A stretch of 63,534 bases of DNA, the filler included, from Octopus bimaculoides (Eukaryota), in assembly GCF_001194135.2 (NCBI RefSeq). It is 6 parts of 6 records of this genome, joined end to end, with 100 filler letters (N's around TTAATTAATTAA, not from the genome) between each part and the next. Parts side by side here need not be neighbours in the genome. Positions count along the whole stretch, not along the records: positions 25,686 to 39,942 come from NC_068990.1; positions 40,043 to 48,123 come from NC_068985.1; positions 48,224 to 57,244 come from NC_068984.1; 3 more parts are not named here. One strand, written 5' to 3'. A program made the position numbers and the translations under genes. Under the pieces are notes generated by a model, which did no database searches, was not told the origin of the DNA, and worked only from the letters and a program-made list of their open reading frames with translations. Positions 35,924 through 49,660 of the stretch are shown here, in pieces (position 1 is the stretch's first letter; the number at the start of each line of letters is the position of its first letter).

Positions 35924-36289
35924 CTGAAAATATAAAGTTGCTATATTTATCTCACTTGAAAAATAAAAAAGTATGAATTAGCAAAAAGAAATAAAATGAC
36001 TGACCTGGTGAAAAAATCAGTTAATAATTAATGTTTGCTACAGTAACTTTGTAGCATATTACTTATAACTATTAAAATTTGCATCTTATATTATAAGAAC
36101 TTAAACTTTCTGAGTTTCCACTACTTCAATGACTAGTATTTATGATATTAGCAAGTCATAAACCTGAACTGTGTACAGCTAAATAACGTTTTATTCCTTA
36201 AATTAAGTAAGTGTACAGGTTAGTGAAGAAAAATGTTAAACAGAATCAAAAACAACTATTAAGGGCTGCATGACCACCCCTTTGAGTTC

Positions 36290-37720
36290 CAGGCAGACAG
36301 GTGTTTCAGCTGCCACATCTTTCTGTACTGTTATGTCTTATTTGTTTTCTAGTTGGAACCCCTGTGAGTCGAAGGGCCAAGATACTGAAGAATGTCTTAC
36401 CTTCCATGATGAGCAGCAAGATAGTCCTGAACTGGTTGATTCACTTTAAATTCTCCTTCTTCATGATCCAAATACTTTCAATATACTTCCACTGGTTGGC
36501 AATGCTTTCTCACTGCCAGATGAATTTCAGTATCTTCCACAGTTGTTAGAGGAGTCTTGAACAACATTTATAGATACTGACCTTCTGGCTTAATAGCCTC
36601 TTGAACTTCCTCCAGCTTGGCTTGCTCTTTTCAAAGTATCTCATTTGGAACATTGGGCTTATAAAGGTATTGTTATAACTAAGTTCATGCTCTTTGCAGA
36701 GTCACTCAGGGTGTTGTGAACAAAGGTGTTTACTTCTCTTGCTGAACAGTCTACGATGCCACTCTGCTTGTCACCAAGCAGTTTCTTGGTAAAGCCAAAG
36801 TAGTTGGAAATGAAAACTGCACACTTTTTTTGCTCTTTTTCTTCTTAGTGTCCTGCTCTACGAAAAGTGATTAACTTCCTCTCAAGGAGGTTTTGCAGCT
36901 CTGCTAGTGATTGACATTCCTCTTTACTGGCTTCCTTGTACTGATTTTTGAGGGTCTTTAGTTCCTGCTGAAATGTGCTGTCCTGGTGGCTCTGCAGTTT
37001 TTTCAGTTAAAGCTATTTGCTACTTTTCACGTCTGTGCAACTGAACCTGACAAATGCATAGCCAACAATGATTGCTGTCATTGCTTTCAGTTGGCTGTCA
37101 CTATTGCCCTTGGGCATTGACTGTAGGATTTTGCATTCATCTTTGTCAAACTACTATCACTTATTCTTGTTATTTGTGGGAGGCCATTTGACCTACTGAA
37201 CTTCTCTGCATGAAGTCAAAGGTATAGGAGCATGCAGGGATTCAGCACTGTAGCAAGAGTCCTAGCCATTCTCCTCCTTCATCTCACCAGAATGTGTTCC
37301 TATGTGTTGCATCTGATTCTCATTCTCCAAACATTTCATTCTGGCCTGATGGATTTTTAGAGCATGCAGATTATTGCATTCCCTGTATGTATTATTATTT
37401 TAAGCTTTGTATCTAACAGAAACACTTGCATGCCTTCACAACTAAACCGGATAATAAATACATGCTTATATTTCTTCCAATCATTTCCTTAATATAGGTA
37501 TTTGAGACTACAATCAACACTTTGAGTGATGGAAATCCGTTATGCAGACTGACCTGTCATCATTGTCATTGTTGTCTGAGAAATAAGTCCTGTGAGGTGG
37601 GATGGTTGTTGCGGCAAGTGTCACTGGCCATTCTTAGCAGCAACGCCTTTGCAACTATGTCCACAGGGCATGGCTGAACACATCATTAGGACCGAGGTGT
37701 ATTACCTGGTACTCACTCCC
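36290..37720 (-). mobile_element. Degenerate R2/NeSL-like RLE LINE, 5' part (N-terminal zinc finger to start of RT)
   Basis: ECNNLHALKIHQARMKC (Zn finger), YFGFTKKLLGDKQSG, IANQWKYIESIWIMKKEN.K*INQFRTILLLIMEGKTFFSILALRLT (RT motif 1 region). Confidence 0.75.
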
Positions 37721-37946
37721 CACCCCCTTTCTTTCCTTGCTTAATTCCCTTTTTCTCTTTCTCTGATTCCATGTTCAAAGAATTTTGGGATTGTTGTTTC
37801 AATGGTTGATTTGTGATTTCACTTATATTTTTCTTAAGAAAACAGATCACCTTAATTTTTCGATAATTTTTCGATAATATCAATTTATCTTCTAGGAAAT
37901 TACAGTATATAACAGAAGTAAAAGAACAGAATAAATCACAACTTAC

Positions 37947-38177
37947 GTTGAAAAATATTGCAAGCATCCATTGGTTGAACATTGGTATCATTTGGGTGTA
38001 TATCACTCAAAAAACAAATACCTTTCAGGTAACAATAAGTGAAGGCTTCACAATTTAGCATTTCATTATTAATGCATAAGTTAGCACAATCATCCACTGA
38101 TACTTGCTTAAAGAAAGGCCCACTAGATTTCAAAGTTCCACTTTTACTCAGCTTTGTGAACATCTTCATATTTTGAA
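37947..38177 (-). CDS. PAN/Apple-like domain exon (first visible)
   Basis: Acceptor tttactgttgtag and donor C|gtaagt; 231 nt, phase 1-1. Translates QNMKMFTKLSKSG...DDCANLCINNEMLNCEAFTYCYLKGICFLS...ACNIFQ. Confidence 0.9.
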
Positions 38178-40458
38178 CTACAACAGTAAATTAGAATTAA
38201 ACATAATTTTACTAATGCAAGCCAAAAATCAAATGATAAAAAAAAAAGACATTTTAAATGCAGAGGAAATTAAAGATTATAAAATATTGCTTTTAAAATA
38301 CAACCACAGTTTATAAATAATTTATCAAGTCTTTAAACTTAATATGAATAACAAGAAGTCAAAGAAGATGAAGTAGACAGAAGTGGAGGAGAAGGAAAAG
38401 GAAGAGAAAGAGGAGAGAACCAATACCATCACTTCCTCCACCCCACCCTGCCAGTGTTATCAGTTATTTTTGCATATACCTTTCTTCACTTGCTTGAGTT
38501 TCCTTCAACAGCTTACCCCTTGTCATTGTCACTTGTCTCTCATACTCAGTTTTTTCCACTCATTTCATTTGTGTTTCATGTACACTGACATTACACAGCT
38601 AGAACACAACATGTTTACTTTGTTTCATTCTATTCATCAAACATCTTTGTTTCACTACAAACAGCCCATCTTTCTCTGCTATGCTGCATTGCCCTATGTA
38701 CACTAGCATCACACAATCTACTCTTCCTTTTGTTGCAAGCAGAAATTGGGCCAGATTAACCTAGCAGCAAAAGTAGCATATGCTGTGGACTCTGCATTAT
38801 CAAAGGCACTATATTAAAAGCTTGTAAGCTATCAATTCCAATTCAGTGATTATTCATAGTACTATTTACCTGCACTACCTTTGACTTTTATTCATGATTG
38901 TGAGTTTTAAGTTGATCCAATACTAAAAATATGTTTGAGCTCCAATATACTTTAAATCAAACCAGTTTAAAATAAGTAAAGTGAATGACGATGGTAAAGC
39001 GGAAAATATACTTAATTTTTGTCAGGTTTGCCATCCTACTTTTCTAGTCTGCTGCATTAAACATGTTTTGAAATAACTGAGCCTAACTACTACTATTTTT
39101 CTCATAAATAATTAGATTATTAGATTATTACTACCACAATACTAAACAACTCCATTAAATCAAGTAAAATTTTTAAACAAGAAACATTTTATTGTGTACA
39201 AATTCTACTTTAACCTTATTTGATAAAGTAAAGCTGCAACATAAGTTTAAATTAATATAGTCAAATCTCCTATGTAAAACCACGAAAACAAATTTACATT
39301 GTGTATTACTTTGTGTTTTTAGATTTGGTTTAAAACTATAGAAAAATATCTATCAGTTATAATTCACCTTGGTGTAGTTTTGGGCTTCATGCAGTGTAAA
39401 TGAGAGAAATGATTGGTAACAACTAATTGAGAAGAAAGGATTTTTAAGATTTTGCTATTTTGAGACATTTACTGACTGTTTAGTAAAAGTCATTCTCATT
39501 TGGATTAAGCTTTCTCTCAGATGAAATCTACATGATAGCACCTCAGCTGAACCTACATCATGTCAAGAAACTTATAAGAGGCAGAAATATTGAACTCCTT
39601 TCTTCAAGCAAAACCAATCACAAAAGAATGGCAATTAAAAAGGTGACAACACAGATGGTGCCCCAGCATGGCCACAATTGAAATGCATAAAAGTATAAAA
39701 GAATAAAAACCTGGAGATATGAGAGGTGAATATATTCAGAAATTTTGCTATTTGTAAGAATATTTATTACCCATTAATGCGAGCACCTAAATGTAAATCG
39801 TTCATGTATGCTTACTAATTCCCTAACTAGGTTAACCATAATTTAGTCTTACCTTAATTAATAATGTATTAAACCATATTCAGACATTCTACTACCTAGA
39901 CCAATACAATTGAATAGTTCTGTGTGTATATATATATATATANNNNNNNNNNNNNNNNNNNNNNNNNNNNNNNNNNNNNNNNNNNNTTAATTAATTAANN
40001 NNNNNNNNNNNNNNNNNNNNNNNNNNNNNNNNNNNNNNNNNNTATATATAATGTATATGTGTATATATGTGTTTGTGCGTGTGTATACGCACACACACAC
40101 GCATATATTTATAAAGTGATTCAGATGTCTGTTTAGCATTAAAAAGAAATCAGCCCAGGTTATTTGAGGTCAGTTTTGGTCTTGACTCCTCGTAACTCTC
40201 TCTCTCTCACCATCATCTCAACTTTATTCATTAGAATATCCTACCACAGATCCACCATTGATTGCTACAGATTAGGGATTCCTACAGAGCTGTTCGTTCA
40301 TGTAAACGTCTTTCTCCAAGATATCATCCTCACAGGGTGAGAGTCATTAGCAATTTAAACCAATGATGCACTCATCAAGACTGTTGAGCTGCCGCTTCTG
40401 CTGATCCAGAGTTGTTTGAACTACGCGATCGATATTTGCAAATAGATTACATGGACCT

Positions 40459-40523
40459 TATGTTACCAACAACGCCATGATATCTGTGTTGGCCATAGAT
40501 ACTGTGGCGTTGTTGGTAACATA
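40459..40523. other. 65-nt hairpin with a perfect 19-bp outer stem (pre-miRNA-sized, or a tiny TA-flanked MITE)
   Basis: TATGTTACCAACAACGCCA ... TGGCGTTGTTGGTAACATA; the inner stem TATCTGTG/CATAGATA also pairs. Confidence 0.8.
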
Positions 40524-41395
40524 TTGAGAATATTAAAAAAAAATTATCGTTTCATTAACCATAATGAAAACAAAGAAAAAGTAAACAATGCAAACAACAA
40601 GAATAATAATAAATGAATTTTCAATGTAGGAATATATTTATAAATATGCTTATGTATGTATTTTGTGCTTATGCATGTGCATATTAATTAGTTTGGTCTC
40701 AAAGAAAAGGCTGCTCTCTTGGATTTCTTAGCCCCACTCTCCATAGACCCGAGGTCTATGTGGTTAATTGCAAATTAATGTTTGCAAAGAAAAAAAATGC
40801 TGGATGGGAGCCTAAGAGATACCAATCTTCTTGGAGAGCAGAACTGGATGCAATGGTTAGAGCGAGATTATGGGGGCGAGGGTTTTACACTGCATGTGTG
40901 ACAAATGGGAAAGAAACTATTGAATTTTGAGTTTTGGAGTGGTTGAATGAATCTGGTGCAAAGTCAAACAATTCCGTAGAGAAGAAATGACTGAAGTAGT
41001 GTCGAAAAAAGGAAGGGAGAAAAGATAAGCACATATGTGGATCAGAAGTTAATCTATGTATAAGATGGAGAGTAATTTCATTAGAATCAGTCGTGGAGCG
41101 TTTTTCTGGCAGCGCTCTAGGTTGTCACTAATTGTGTAATACTAGACACTATATAGAAGTACTAGTTTATAGTTTTTACTTGTGTTTTGTAATGATTAGT
41201 AGTTCTAATGGAGTGGGATCTACATTGCATTCTGATATTAAGGATGGAAAAATCAAACTTTTTGATGTAGTCTTTCCCATGTTGAGTATATACAGTGACC
41301 AAGATAGATTCTCGAAGAGGCTGAGACGTAGCATTTGTAACAACCATTAACGTTTTAGATGCAGGTTGCTCATATTTTAGCGTTTTGGGGTTTTC

Positions 41396-41489
<94 letters not shown>

Positions 41490-42176
41490 TACGTGTTTGT
41501 GTGTACGTGTGTGTGCGTGTGAAGACTCAATAATATTGTTCCTGTCATGTTACTAACTGATGAAATAATATATTTCTACCTTTAAAAAAATGCACCTTGG
41601 TGAAGTTTTGAAAGGATTTAGGAGAATTTTCGCTGCTATAACCGATCCATTTTATTAATGGTCTCAAAAGAACAAATCGATAGTAAAGGGATTCGAAGAC
41701 AGTATTTGCTGAAAATAAGCAGCATAAGACACTTGATTATTGCTTTTGTGGTTGTATAAACTCCATCGACTCATCGTACACATTTGATGATACAAATGTA
41801 ATGGGAATCAATGATGCTTCATAGTGTTTGCAAAATTTCTTACCGATTCCATGTTTGTAGCAAAAACAACTTTCACCAAGGGAAAGAAACAAAAAAAAAA
41901 CAGATTAAATTGAAATAGGACAGAAAGAAATATTGATTTCTTACATAGGCATAAGGTCACACATTTTCGGCGAAAGAAAGATCGAATATATCCGAAACAA
42001 TACTGGATCCGTATTCCTATTATCGACCCCATAAAGATAAAGTCCTCATCGGCAAGATTCGAATTTCGATCGTAAACGTTTGTAACTACTTGCCACAAGG
42101 CAGATCTAATATTGATTATATCTAGATATAGATTATAGAATGCAAATGTATTTTTAAACTCACTATCCATATTGAA

Positions 42177-42211
<35 letters not shown>

Positions 42212-43254
42212 TTTATATATGAAATTTTCAACAATACAGTCAGCACTTGAATTAAATAAATGAATGTTGGTTGTATAATGGAGCGATTAGCACTTCATAA
42301 TCTTTCTTAGATATGATGAAGTTCTTTTTTCTCATAATAATGAAAAGCCATACGTAAAATTTCAATAAAGATTGAAATTTCGGTCACTGGTTTCCCGAGA
42401 AAATATTGTCTTCGTTTAATTTAACTTTTAACTCAAATCTAATGAAATTGAAAATGTTCTTCCACATATGTAATGTTTAGGAAACAGTCATTACATCAAA
42501 GCAATTGACAATTGAAGAAGTGTATAGACTTTATAGCATTCGTTTAACAGCACATACACAGACGTAGCTGTTTGGTAAGAAGCTTGCTTACCAACCACAT
42601 AGTTCCGGGATCAGTTCCACTGCGTGGCACCTTGGGCAAGTGTCTTCTACTGTAACCTCGGGCTATCCAAAGCATTGTGAATGGATTTAGTAGACGGAAA
42701 CTGAAAGAAGCCCGTCGTGTGTATATATGTATGTGTGTGCGTATGTGTGTGTATGTGCGTGTGCGTGACTTTGTGTTTGTGTTTCCCGACCCCATTCCTT
42801 GACAACAGGTGTTTACGTCCCCGTAATCTAGCGGTTCGGTAAAACAGGCCGATAGAATAAGTACTAAAATCCTGGTAGGTTGTGCTCCAGCGTGGCTGCA
42901 GTCAAAAGACTGAAATGAATAAAAGAATAAGTGAAGGTGGTGAGCTGGCAGAGTGGTTAGCACGTCGGGCGAAATGCTTAGCGGTAATTTCATGTATCTT
43001 TACGTTCTGAGTTCAAATTCCGCCGAGGTCGACTTTGCCTTTCATCCTTTCGGGGTCGATAAATTAAGTACCAGTTACGCACTGGGGTCCATGTAATCGA
43101 CTTAATCCCTTTGCTTGTCCCCTCTATGTTTAGCACTTCGTGGGCAATAAAGAATTACGAATAAAAGAATAAAAGAATAGAAGAATATATATACATATAC
43201 GTATATACAGATATGTATGAATGTATGTATGTATATATGAATGTGTATATATGA

Positions 43255-43290
<36 letters not shown>

Positions 43291-43540
43291 GTGTTGAGGC
43301 TGTAAGTACGTATGCATGTTTATATGAATGCATGTGCGTTTGTAAGTATGAATTTATGCATGTATATATATATATATATATTTATATATGCATGCACCTA
43401 AGTATGTCTGTATGAATTACATATGCACATGTGTATGGATTTATGCATGTATATGTACGTATGTATATATGTATGTATGTATGTATCTATCTATCTATCT
43501 ATGTATGCATGTATGTATGTACGCATGGATTGAAGCACTG

Positions 43541-44361
43541 TGACGTCAGAGTTGGGTGCGTTAATTGTAAACATCTGCAAGGTGAAATAGTGGAAGAGTG
43601 ACGAATGCAGCATATATAAGGCACCTCTTTAGAACGTGTGAATATGGCGTAATTTAGAGATAAACTAAATCCGTTTTGACAAGATGTACATAGCATCACG
43701 TTATGATATAGAATGCATAACCATGCTATGGCGATACGGTGCACATTTACAGGGTGCTCTAAAAGAAAAGCAACAAAAAAAGGACAAATCCATGTGTCAC
43801 ATGTGAAGAAACATGCTTTGTCTTGGTGAACAGATCTGAAGTAAACACGATGTAATCAAACGTTGACGTAGTGAAACAATAAAAGATATTGAAAAAAAAG
43901 GGTTGGGGGAGAGCGTGTACAGAAACAGTACGACATGTAGAATAAATAAGATTATTTAGAACAGAAATGAAATATCAAATTTTCAAAATGCATAGAGTAA
44001 AGAATTAAAGAGAATTACATACCATGAAAGGAACATTTGGACGTGACGTAATATAAATTGACATGATAAAAAAATAAAATATGAGACTTGACGAATGAAA
44101 AACATTACTAGACGACGTGGAATAAATAGGACTAATAAACGAAGACAGAAAATATCAATTTGTAAAACGTGAGATACTTAAAGAAAAGTCACACGTGACG
44201 GACTGATTACAATCCGGAAAATAACAGAAAAACAAAAATATATGGAGCTAATTAACAGTCAGTTCATACTCCGAACAAAACAAGTTTACATCACACAAAC
44301 AAGATCCACGTTGTGGCATAGTGAACAGTTGGATGTGATGCAGTGAAGCTGACATATATAC

Positions 44362-44437
<76 letters not shown>

Positions 44438-45536
44438 ATGTGTGTGTGTGCATGATGTTATGATACAATTTTTTGACGTAACATAGAAAAAGACTGTCAA
44501 ATACTTGGAAACGGTACACGGCGAAACGAAATTGTGACAGCGACACAGTACTTAGAATAAACATATTAACATAACGTCGTAGAAATATATCTACATAGAC
44601 AACATGAAGTAGGATATAGTATTCTATAGTGTAGAGAAAAATGAAAGGTATGGCATGACGAAGGATGAGTCAGACAGTGTAATTTAGTAACGTAAGTGAA
44701 ATTGGACAAAAGAACAATGTAATAGAGTGACGATAAGACGCAACATAGATCAGCGTACATTGTAACGTAGAAGACACACGGACACATCAAACGTGACGTG
44801 AGAGAAAAGAATTGATCCAATATTAATGCAACGGAAAATAGGTGATCATCATAGCGTGACGAAGGTGCAATGATGAACATGACGGAACGCGGAAGAAACA
44901 TGATGTACAGCAGGGCGGGACGTAGTAGAAATAATTTGACGTGCGATAGAACAGTGAACGGCAGTGTGACGAAGAAAGAACAACTGAACGTGATGCAGAG
45001 AATTACCTTCGGCATGTTGTAGCAAACAGCGTTTGATGAAAGGTATACGTAGTAACAATACAGTATAACGTAAAATATACGAGATGAGGTGACGTAGAAT
45101 CAGGAACAGCACGTTAATACGTATGAAAGATGATAGAACATAACGTACAAAAGAACAATCTTGGTGTGACGTAATGATCGACGGTGTTTGACGAAGAAGA
45201 AAACTGTACCAAACGTATAATAAAAAAAAACAACACACCCTGACGAATTAAACAGTCATACCGTGACGTATAACACACAGTACGGCACAGTGTGACAACA
45301 GACGAAGACTGTGTGATTTCTTGAGGGACAGTACGACTATGAGTGTAGCGCTGATGACAGAGAAAATTTCGAATACCTACATTGCATCTACGTCTATTTG
45401 GCCATGACCAACCACTCTGCTCATGGCGAGAAGAGCTTTTAATTCGGCTATCCTCTGGTCGGAGGATGTCCGTTTAACGCTGAAGTAAAATCAGAAATTT
45501 CATTTAAGAATGAATCCAAAGAAATGCACGCTGACG
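43541..45536 (+). repeat. Purine-rich region with ~20 same-strand TGACG motifs (decayed satellite or CRE half-site cluster)
   Basis: Hand count: 17 TGACG between 43864 and 45268, plus 43541 (full TGACGTCA), 43599 and 45532; essentially none on the minus strand. Confidence 0.7.
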
Positions 45537-45551
45537 AACCTCGCACAAACA

Positions 45552-45644
<93 letters not shown>

Positions 45645-45768
45645 CCCCTCTCTCTCACACACACACACATACACACAATCAAACATACACACGCATGTAT
45701 GTATATATATACAATATATTTAATATTAAATCTATATAACAATACATATGTAATATGTGTTATTACAC

Positions 45769-45800
<32 letters not shown>

Positions 45801-45868
45801 ATATATATACACACGAACACACACACGAACACGCATACATACATGCATACATACATATACACACACAT

Positions 45869-45923
<55 letters not shown>

Positions 45924-45925
<2 letters not shown>

Positions 45926-46756
45926 GGGTGCAGTGAATAAATTGTCGTCTAAATTACGCAAAAATAAAAATAACACTGACATCTCATTTGAACAGATATA
46001 TCTACCAAAGTTACATAGACTTTCTTGAAATGCTAAAGAATAAAATTATTTAATAGAATCGCCATTGGATTCAACCATGGTCCCCAGACGACATCGGAAT
46101 CTTCTGCAACTCTCCTGGACGGTCTCCCTGTTTAAGTTGGTCAATGCTGCCATGGTCCTTCCCTTTAGTTCATCTTTGGTGTTACAAGGAGTTTGGCTGG
46201 TCTCTCGGTCAAATGCACCCCACGCGTAATAGTCAAGAGGGTTGCAGTCTGGGAAGTTAGGTGGCCAGATATTAGGGGTGCTGTGGTCGCAGAAATTGCC
46301 CTGCTTGTGTGGCATGGTGCAGTATCCTGTTGCCAGACATATGGTCTCCTAGCTCTCAACCTCTTCACCCAGGGCAGCACTACCTCCTCCAGGCACTTAA
46401 TGTAGGCGTCTGTATTGATTCTGAGGCCGCATGAGAAGATGAATGGAGGTATATGATCAAAACACCATGATGTTGGCTAAATGTTTGATTTTTATCACTC
46501 TCGGTACATGTCCTCAGATTGACACCCAAACACTCTGAAATGTTCATATTGGAGCTTCTGGTGCGAATGCCAAGCAAAACAGCATGTCGTTTCCAAATTT
46601 CAGGGAGAGTGAATTGCATCATAGTGCTGTTTTTTCTCAAAGACGGTGCCCAACTGACCCTACTGTACTGTGTAGTCGATAAAATTAAAAACGAACAATG
46701 TGAATGCTCGAAATTAAAACTATACAGTGGCGACAATCTACTCATCGCACCCTCTG
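45924..46756 (-). mobile_element. Internally deleted maT/DD37D-like Tc1-mariner element
   Basis: Imperfect ~26-bp TIRs CAGGGTGCAGTGAATAAATTGTCG and CAGAGGGTGCGATGAGTAGATTGTCG. N-terminal HTH (KRHAVLLGIRTRSSNMNISECLGVNLRT) is joined to PYVWQQDTAPCHT and WPPNFPDCNPLDY. Confidence 0.8.
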
Positions 46757-48089
46757 TGTGTGTGCGCGTGTGTGTGTGTGTGTGTGTATGTGTACGTATA
46801 CACACACACACATACACACATACACATACACACACATACACACACACATACACACACACACGCATAAACACACACACATAAACACACACACGTATGCACA
46901 AATACTATCCCCTCACACAAACCAATATACCATATAAATTTACGCTGAAATAATTGAAAGTATGGTATTAACATGTTATAAACAATTGCAATAAATCAAA
47001 TCATTATATTTTGACAGACATAAAAAACAACAATACAGAAGAATGAATAAATTTTCAAAAACAATGATTTTGGTGTCTTCATTTTACCACAATTTTTATA
47101 ATCGAATTTGGTTTTCGTGTTACTGATTCTTCTTTCACCTAACAGAAGAAAATATAGAGAAGTAGGGCAATATAACAATATAATATCTGGCGCATATTTA
47201 AGTACAGTATATTAGTAGTATCTCAGTGTGTATCTTAGTGTGGTAGTTCGTTCATTCGTTTGTTTGTTCGACGCAACATCTATGTTCTGCTGTGTGATGT
47301 AGAAAACAAAACAATGATAGCAATATGATTAGGTCACAGAAATTGAATATACGAGTCAAATAGATATGATTGAAGTCAAGAGAAGAAACAGAAAGCATGT
47401 GGGAAATGTCATTTCGGGGTGGCCAGAAGCAGCAATATAGTAAACAGGAACCAGTTCGCATTATAGACATCACTGTAAGCATGTAAAGCGCTCCCCGCCC
47501 ACACAAACAAATAAACAAAAAGTACCCCAAACATACACTCAAGTACATGCATGTAAATGGGTAGGCATATGTATATGTATATACACACACTCACACACAC
47601 ACACACACACAGGCACACACACATACATTCAATATATCGTTGTAGTAGTGATTGCGATAGCCCATACCATAAAAGTGTTGGAAGTGCAGAATAAGAATAC
47701 AGAACGACTCTAATGAGATTAACTCAACTTCAGAAGAAAGCAAACGACTTAATAAGGTCTATTTTTAATGGCTGATATCTTTCATGGTTAATCATATACG
47801 CATAAGATAATGTAATTAAGTATTTTATGAACAACCTTTGTTTTAACTTTCTTTATATATAAAACATGTATGTATGTATGTATGTATGTATGTATGTATG
47901 TATGTATGTATGTACGTACGTATGCATGTAGACAGCCGACTATTGATGAAGGGTCTTTTCTCTGTGTTAACTTGTCCTGTTTTCCATTTTTTCTCTCGAC
48001 GTTTACGTATTTCATTCATTTTTCCCTCGTTTATTTACGCATTTCATGTTATTTGCACCGTTGGTGACGTCCTGTACCCATATATATAC

Positions 48090-48123
<34 letters not shown>

Positions 48124-48223
48124 NNNNNNNNNNNNNNNNNNNNNNNNNNNNNNNNNNNNNNNNNNNNTTAATTAATTAANNNNNNNNNNNNNNNNNNNNN
48201 NNNNNNNNNNNNNNNNNNNNNNN

Positions 48224-48256
<33 letters not shown>

Positions 48257-48957
48257 TATATATATATATATGAATTATATATGCACATATACATGCATAC
48301 GTATATGCCGTTAAGCTGTGTCTGGTGTCACTGAGCAGATTGTAAATTTACACATAAACTGCTCTCACATCATAGTACACAATGTTGTTATAATTTGGAA
48401 GGGTCAAAATTGATAAATCTTGTAAATACACTTACCGGTTGATGCTTGTCTATATTTCACTTCTCCTTCTTTTTCCAAAGCAGTTTATTCTTGTTTATGT
48501 CCCCCCAAAATATTTATCGCTGCACTTAATCTGTTGCTTTCCCAATGGATATACATTAAGAAATGTATCAACGGTGGTTTCAACACACAGTTTCACATCA
48601 AAATTCTTGCAAAACAAATTCAGAATCGATTATATACAATGCTATCAGGAAATAAATAAAACTGAATGTATAACTGTTACAAATATTTTAAATGGCCACC
48701 ACGATAATATATTACATTGTATTATATCGTTTTATATTACATAATATTTAATGTTTGTTTTTATGTTATAAAAAAAGATTACATTAAACTGAAGGCTCAA
48801 TATATTTGGTAGAGTACAAATTTATTATCATCTAGCAAGAATAGTATTGACAGTGACTTCGAAGCTTCGGCCAGGTAAACCATCATCAAACAATTCGATG
48901 ATCGCTTAGGTAGTGGAAATCTTGAAGGTCCTATCAATACTATTCTTGATAAAAAGT

Positions 48958-48990
<33 letters not shown>

Positions 48991-49282
48991 GTATGTATAT
49001 ACACAAAGGGAGAGAGAGAGATAGAAAGATAGATAGGTAAATAAATAGATAGATAGATACATACATACATACATACATACATACTTACATACATATGTAC
49101 ATATATGCATACACACACATACGCACACATACATACACGATGACTTTCATATTTATTCTTAATGCATTCCAGCAGATTCGAACGTAAGTATGCTAATCGA
49201 TGGTGCATTCTTCACAGGGACAGCTTCCCTTTTACGTCGACCATGTGTTGATAGCACATTCAGCTAATTTGTATACGAGCAC

Positions 49283-49328
49283 TTCTGACTGATGAGGCAT
49301 AGCACGTCGAAATGCCGGTGTCTCTGAA
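49283..49328 (+). ncRNA. Near-intact minimal type I hammerhead ribozyme motif
   Basis: TTCTGA-CTGATGA-GGC atagcac GTC-GAAAT-gccggt-GTC-TCTGAA. All core nucleotides and the GUC site are present; stem I is 5/6 paired and C15.2 is replaced by U (U.G wobble). Confidence 0.65.
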
Positions 49329-49559
49329 TACCTTGTGGAAATGAATCGAGGGTGTTAAAACACATAGTCATCGTAAGAGAGAAGTTCTCCTGTGACAAAC
49401 ACAACTGCGATTAGCATATTTGCGTTTGAGTCTGCTGGAATATATTAAGAATATATATGCAAGTCATAGTTTACAATGTTGCTTGCTCACCGTGTATACA
49501 ACAATATATATGCGCGCGCAGGCGCGTGTGTATGGATTGCAAGTTTTTTTCTTTCTCTC

Positions 49560-49660
49560 TCTGTTTATTTCCTCTCTTGAAGAGCGTAGGCTCGAAACGT
49601 AAAAGACTTTTTCATTTTTCCCGAGCGTCAAACTGATACACTTGCTTGTTGTTCATACAC
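49560..49660 (+). mobile_element. Penelope-like terminal-repeat fragment with hammerhead-like TTGAAGA-GCGTAGGCTC-GAAACGT
   Basis: The core-like motif is seen directly; the PLE assignment is inference from the known PLE-hammerhead association. Confidence 0.5.

Noticed and set aside
41857-41882. 26-nt candidate upstream exon of the PAN gene with donor ATCG|gtaaga
   Set aside because: Too short to judge; the frame matching the track ORF is phase-incompatible with the first PAN exon.
48436-48640. Strong minus-strand donor (CCG|gtaagt) preceded by protein-like sequence
   Set aside because: All three frames contain stops within ~60 nt of the donor.
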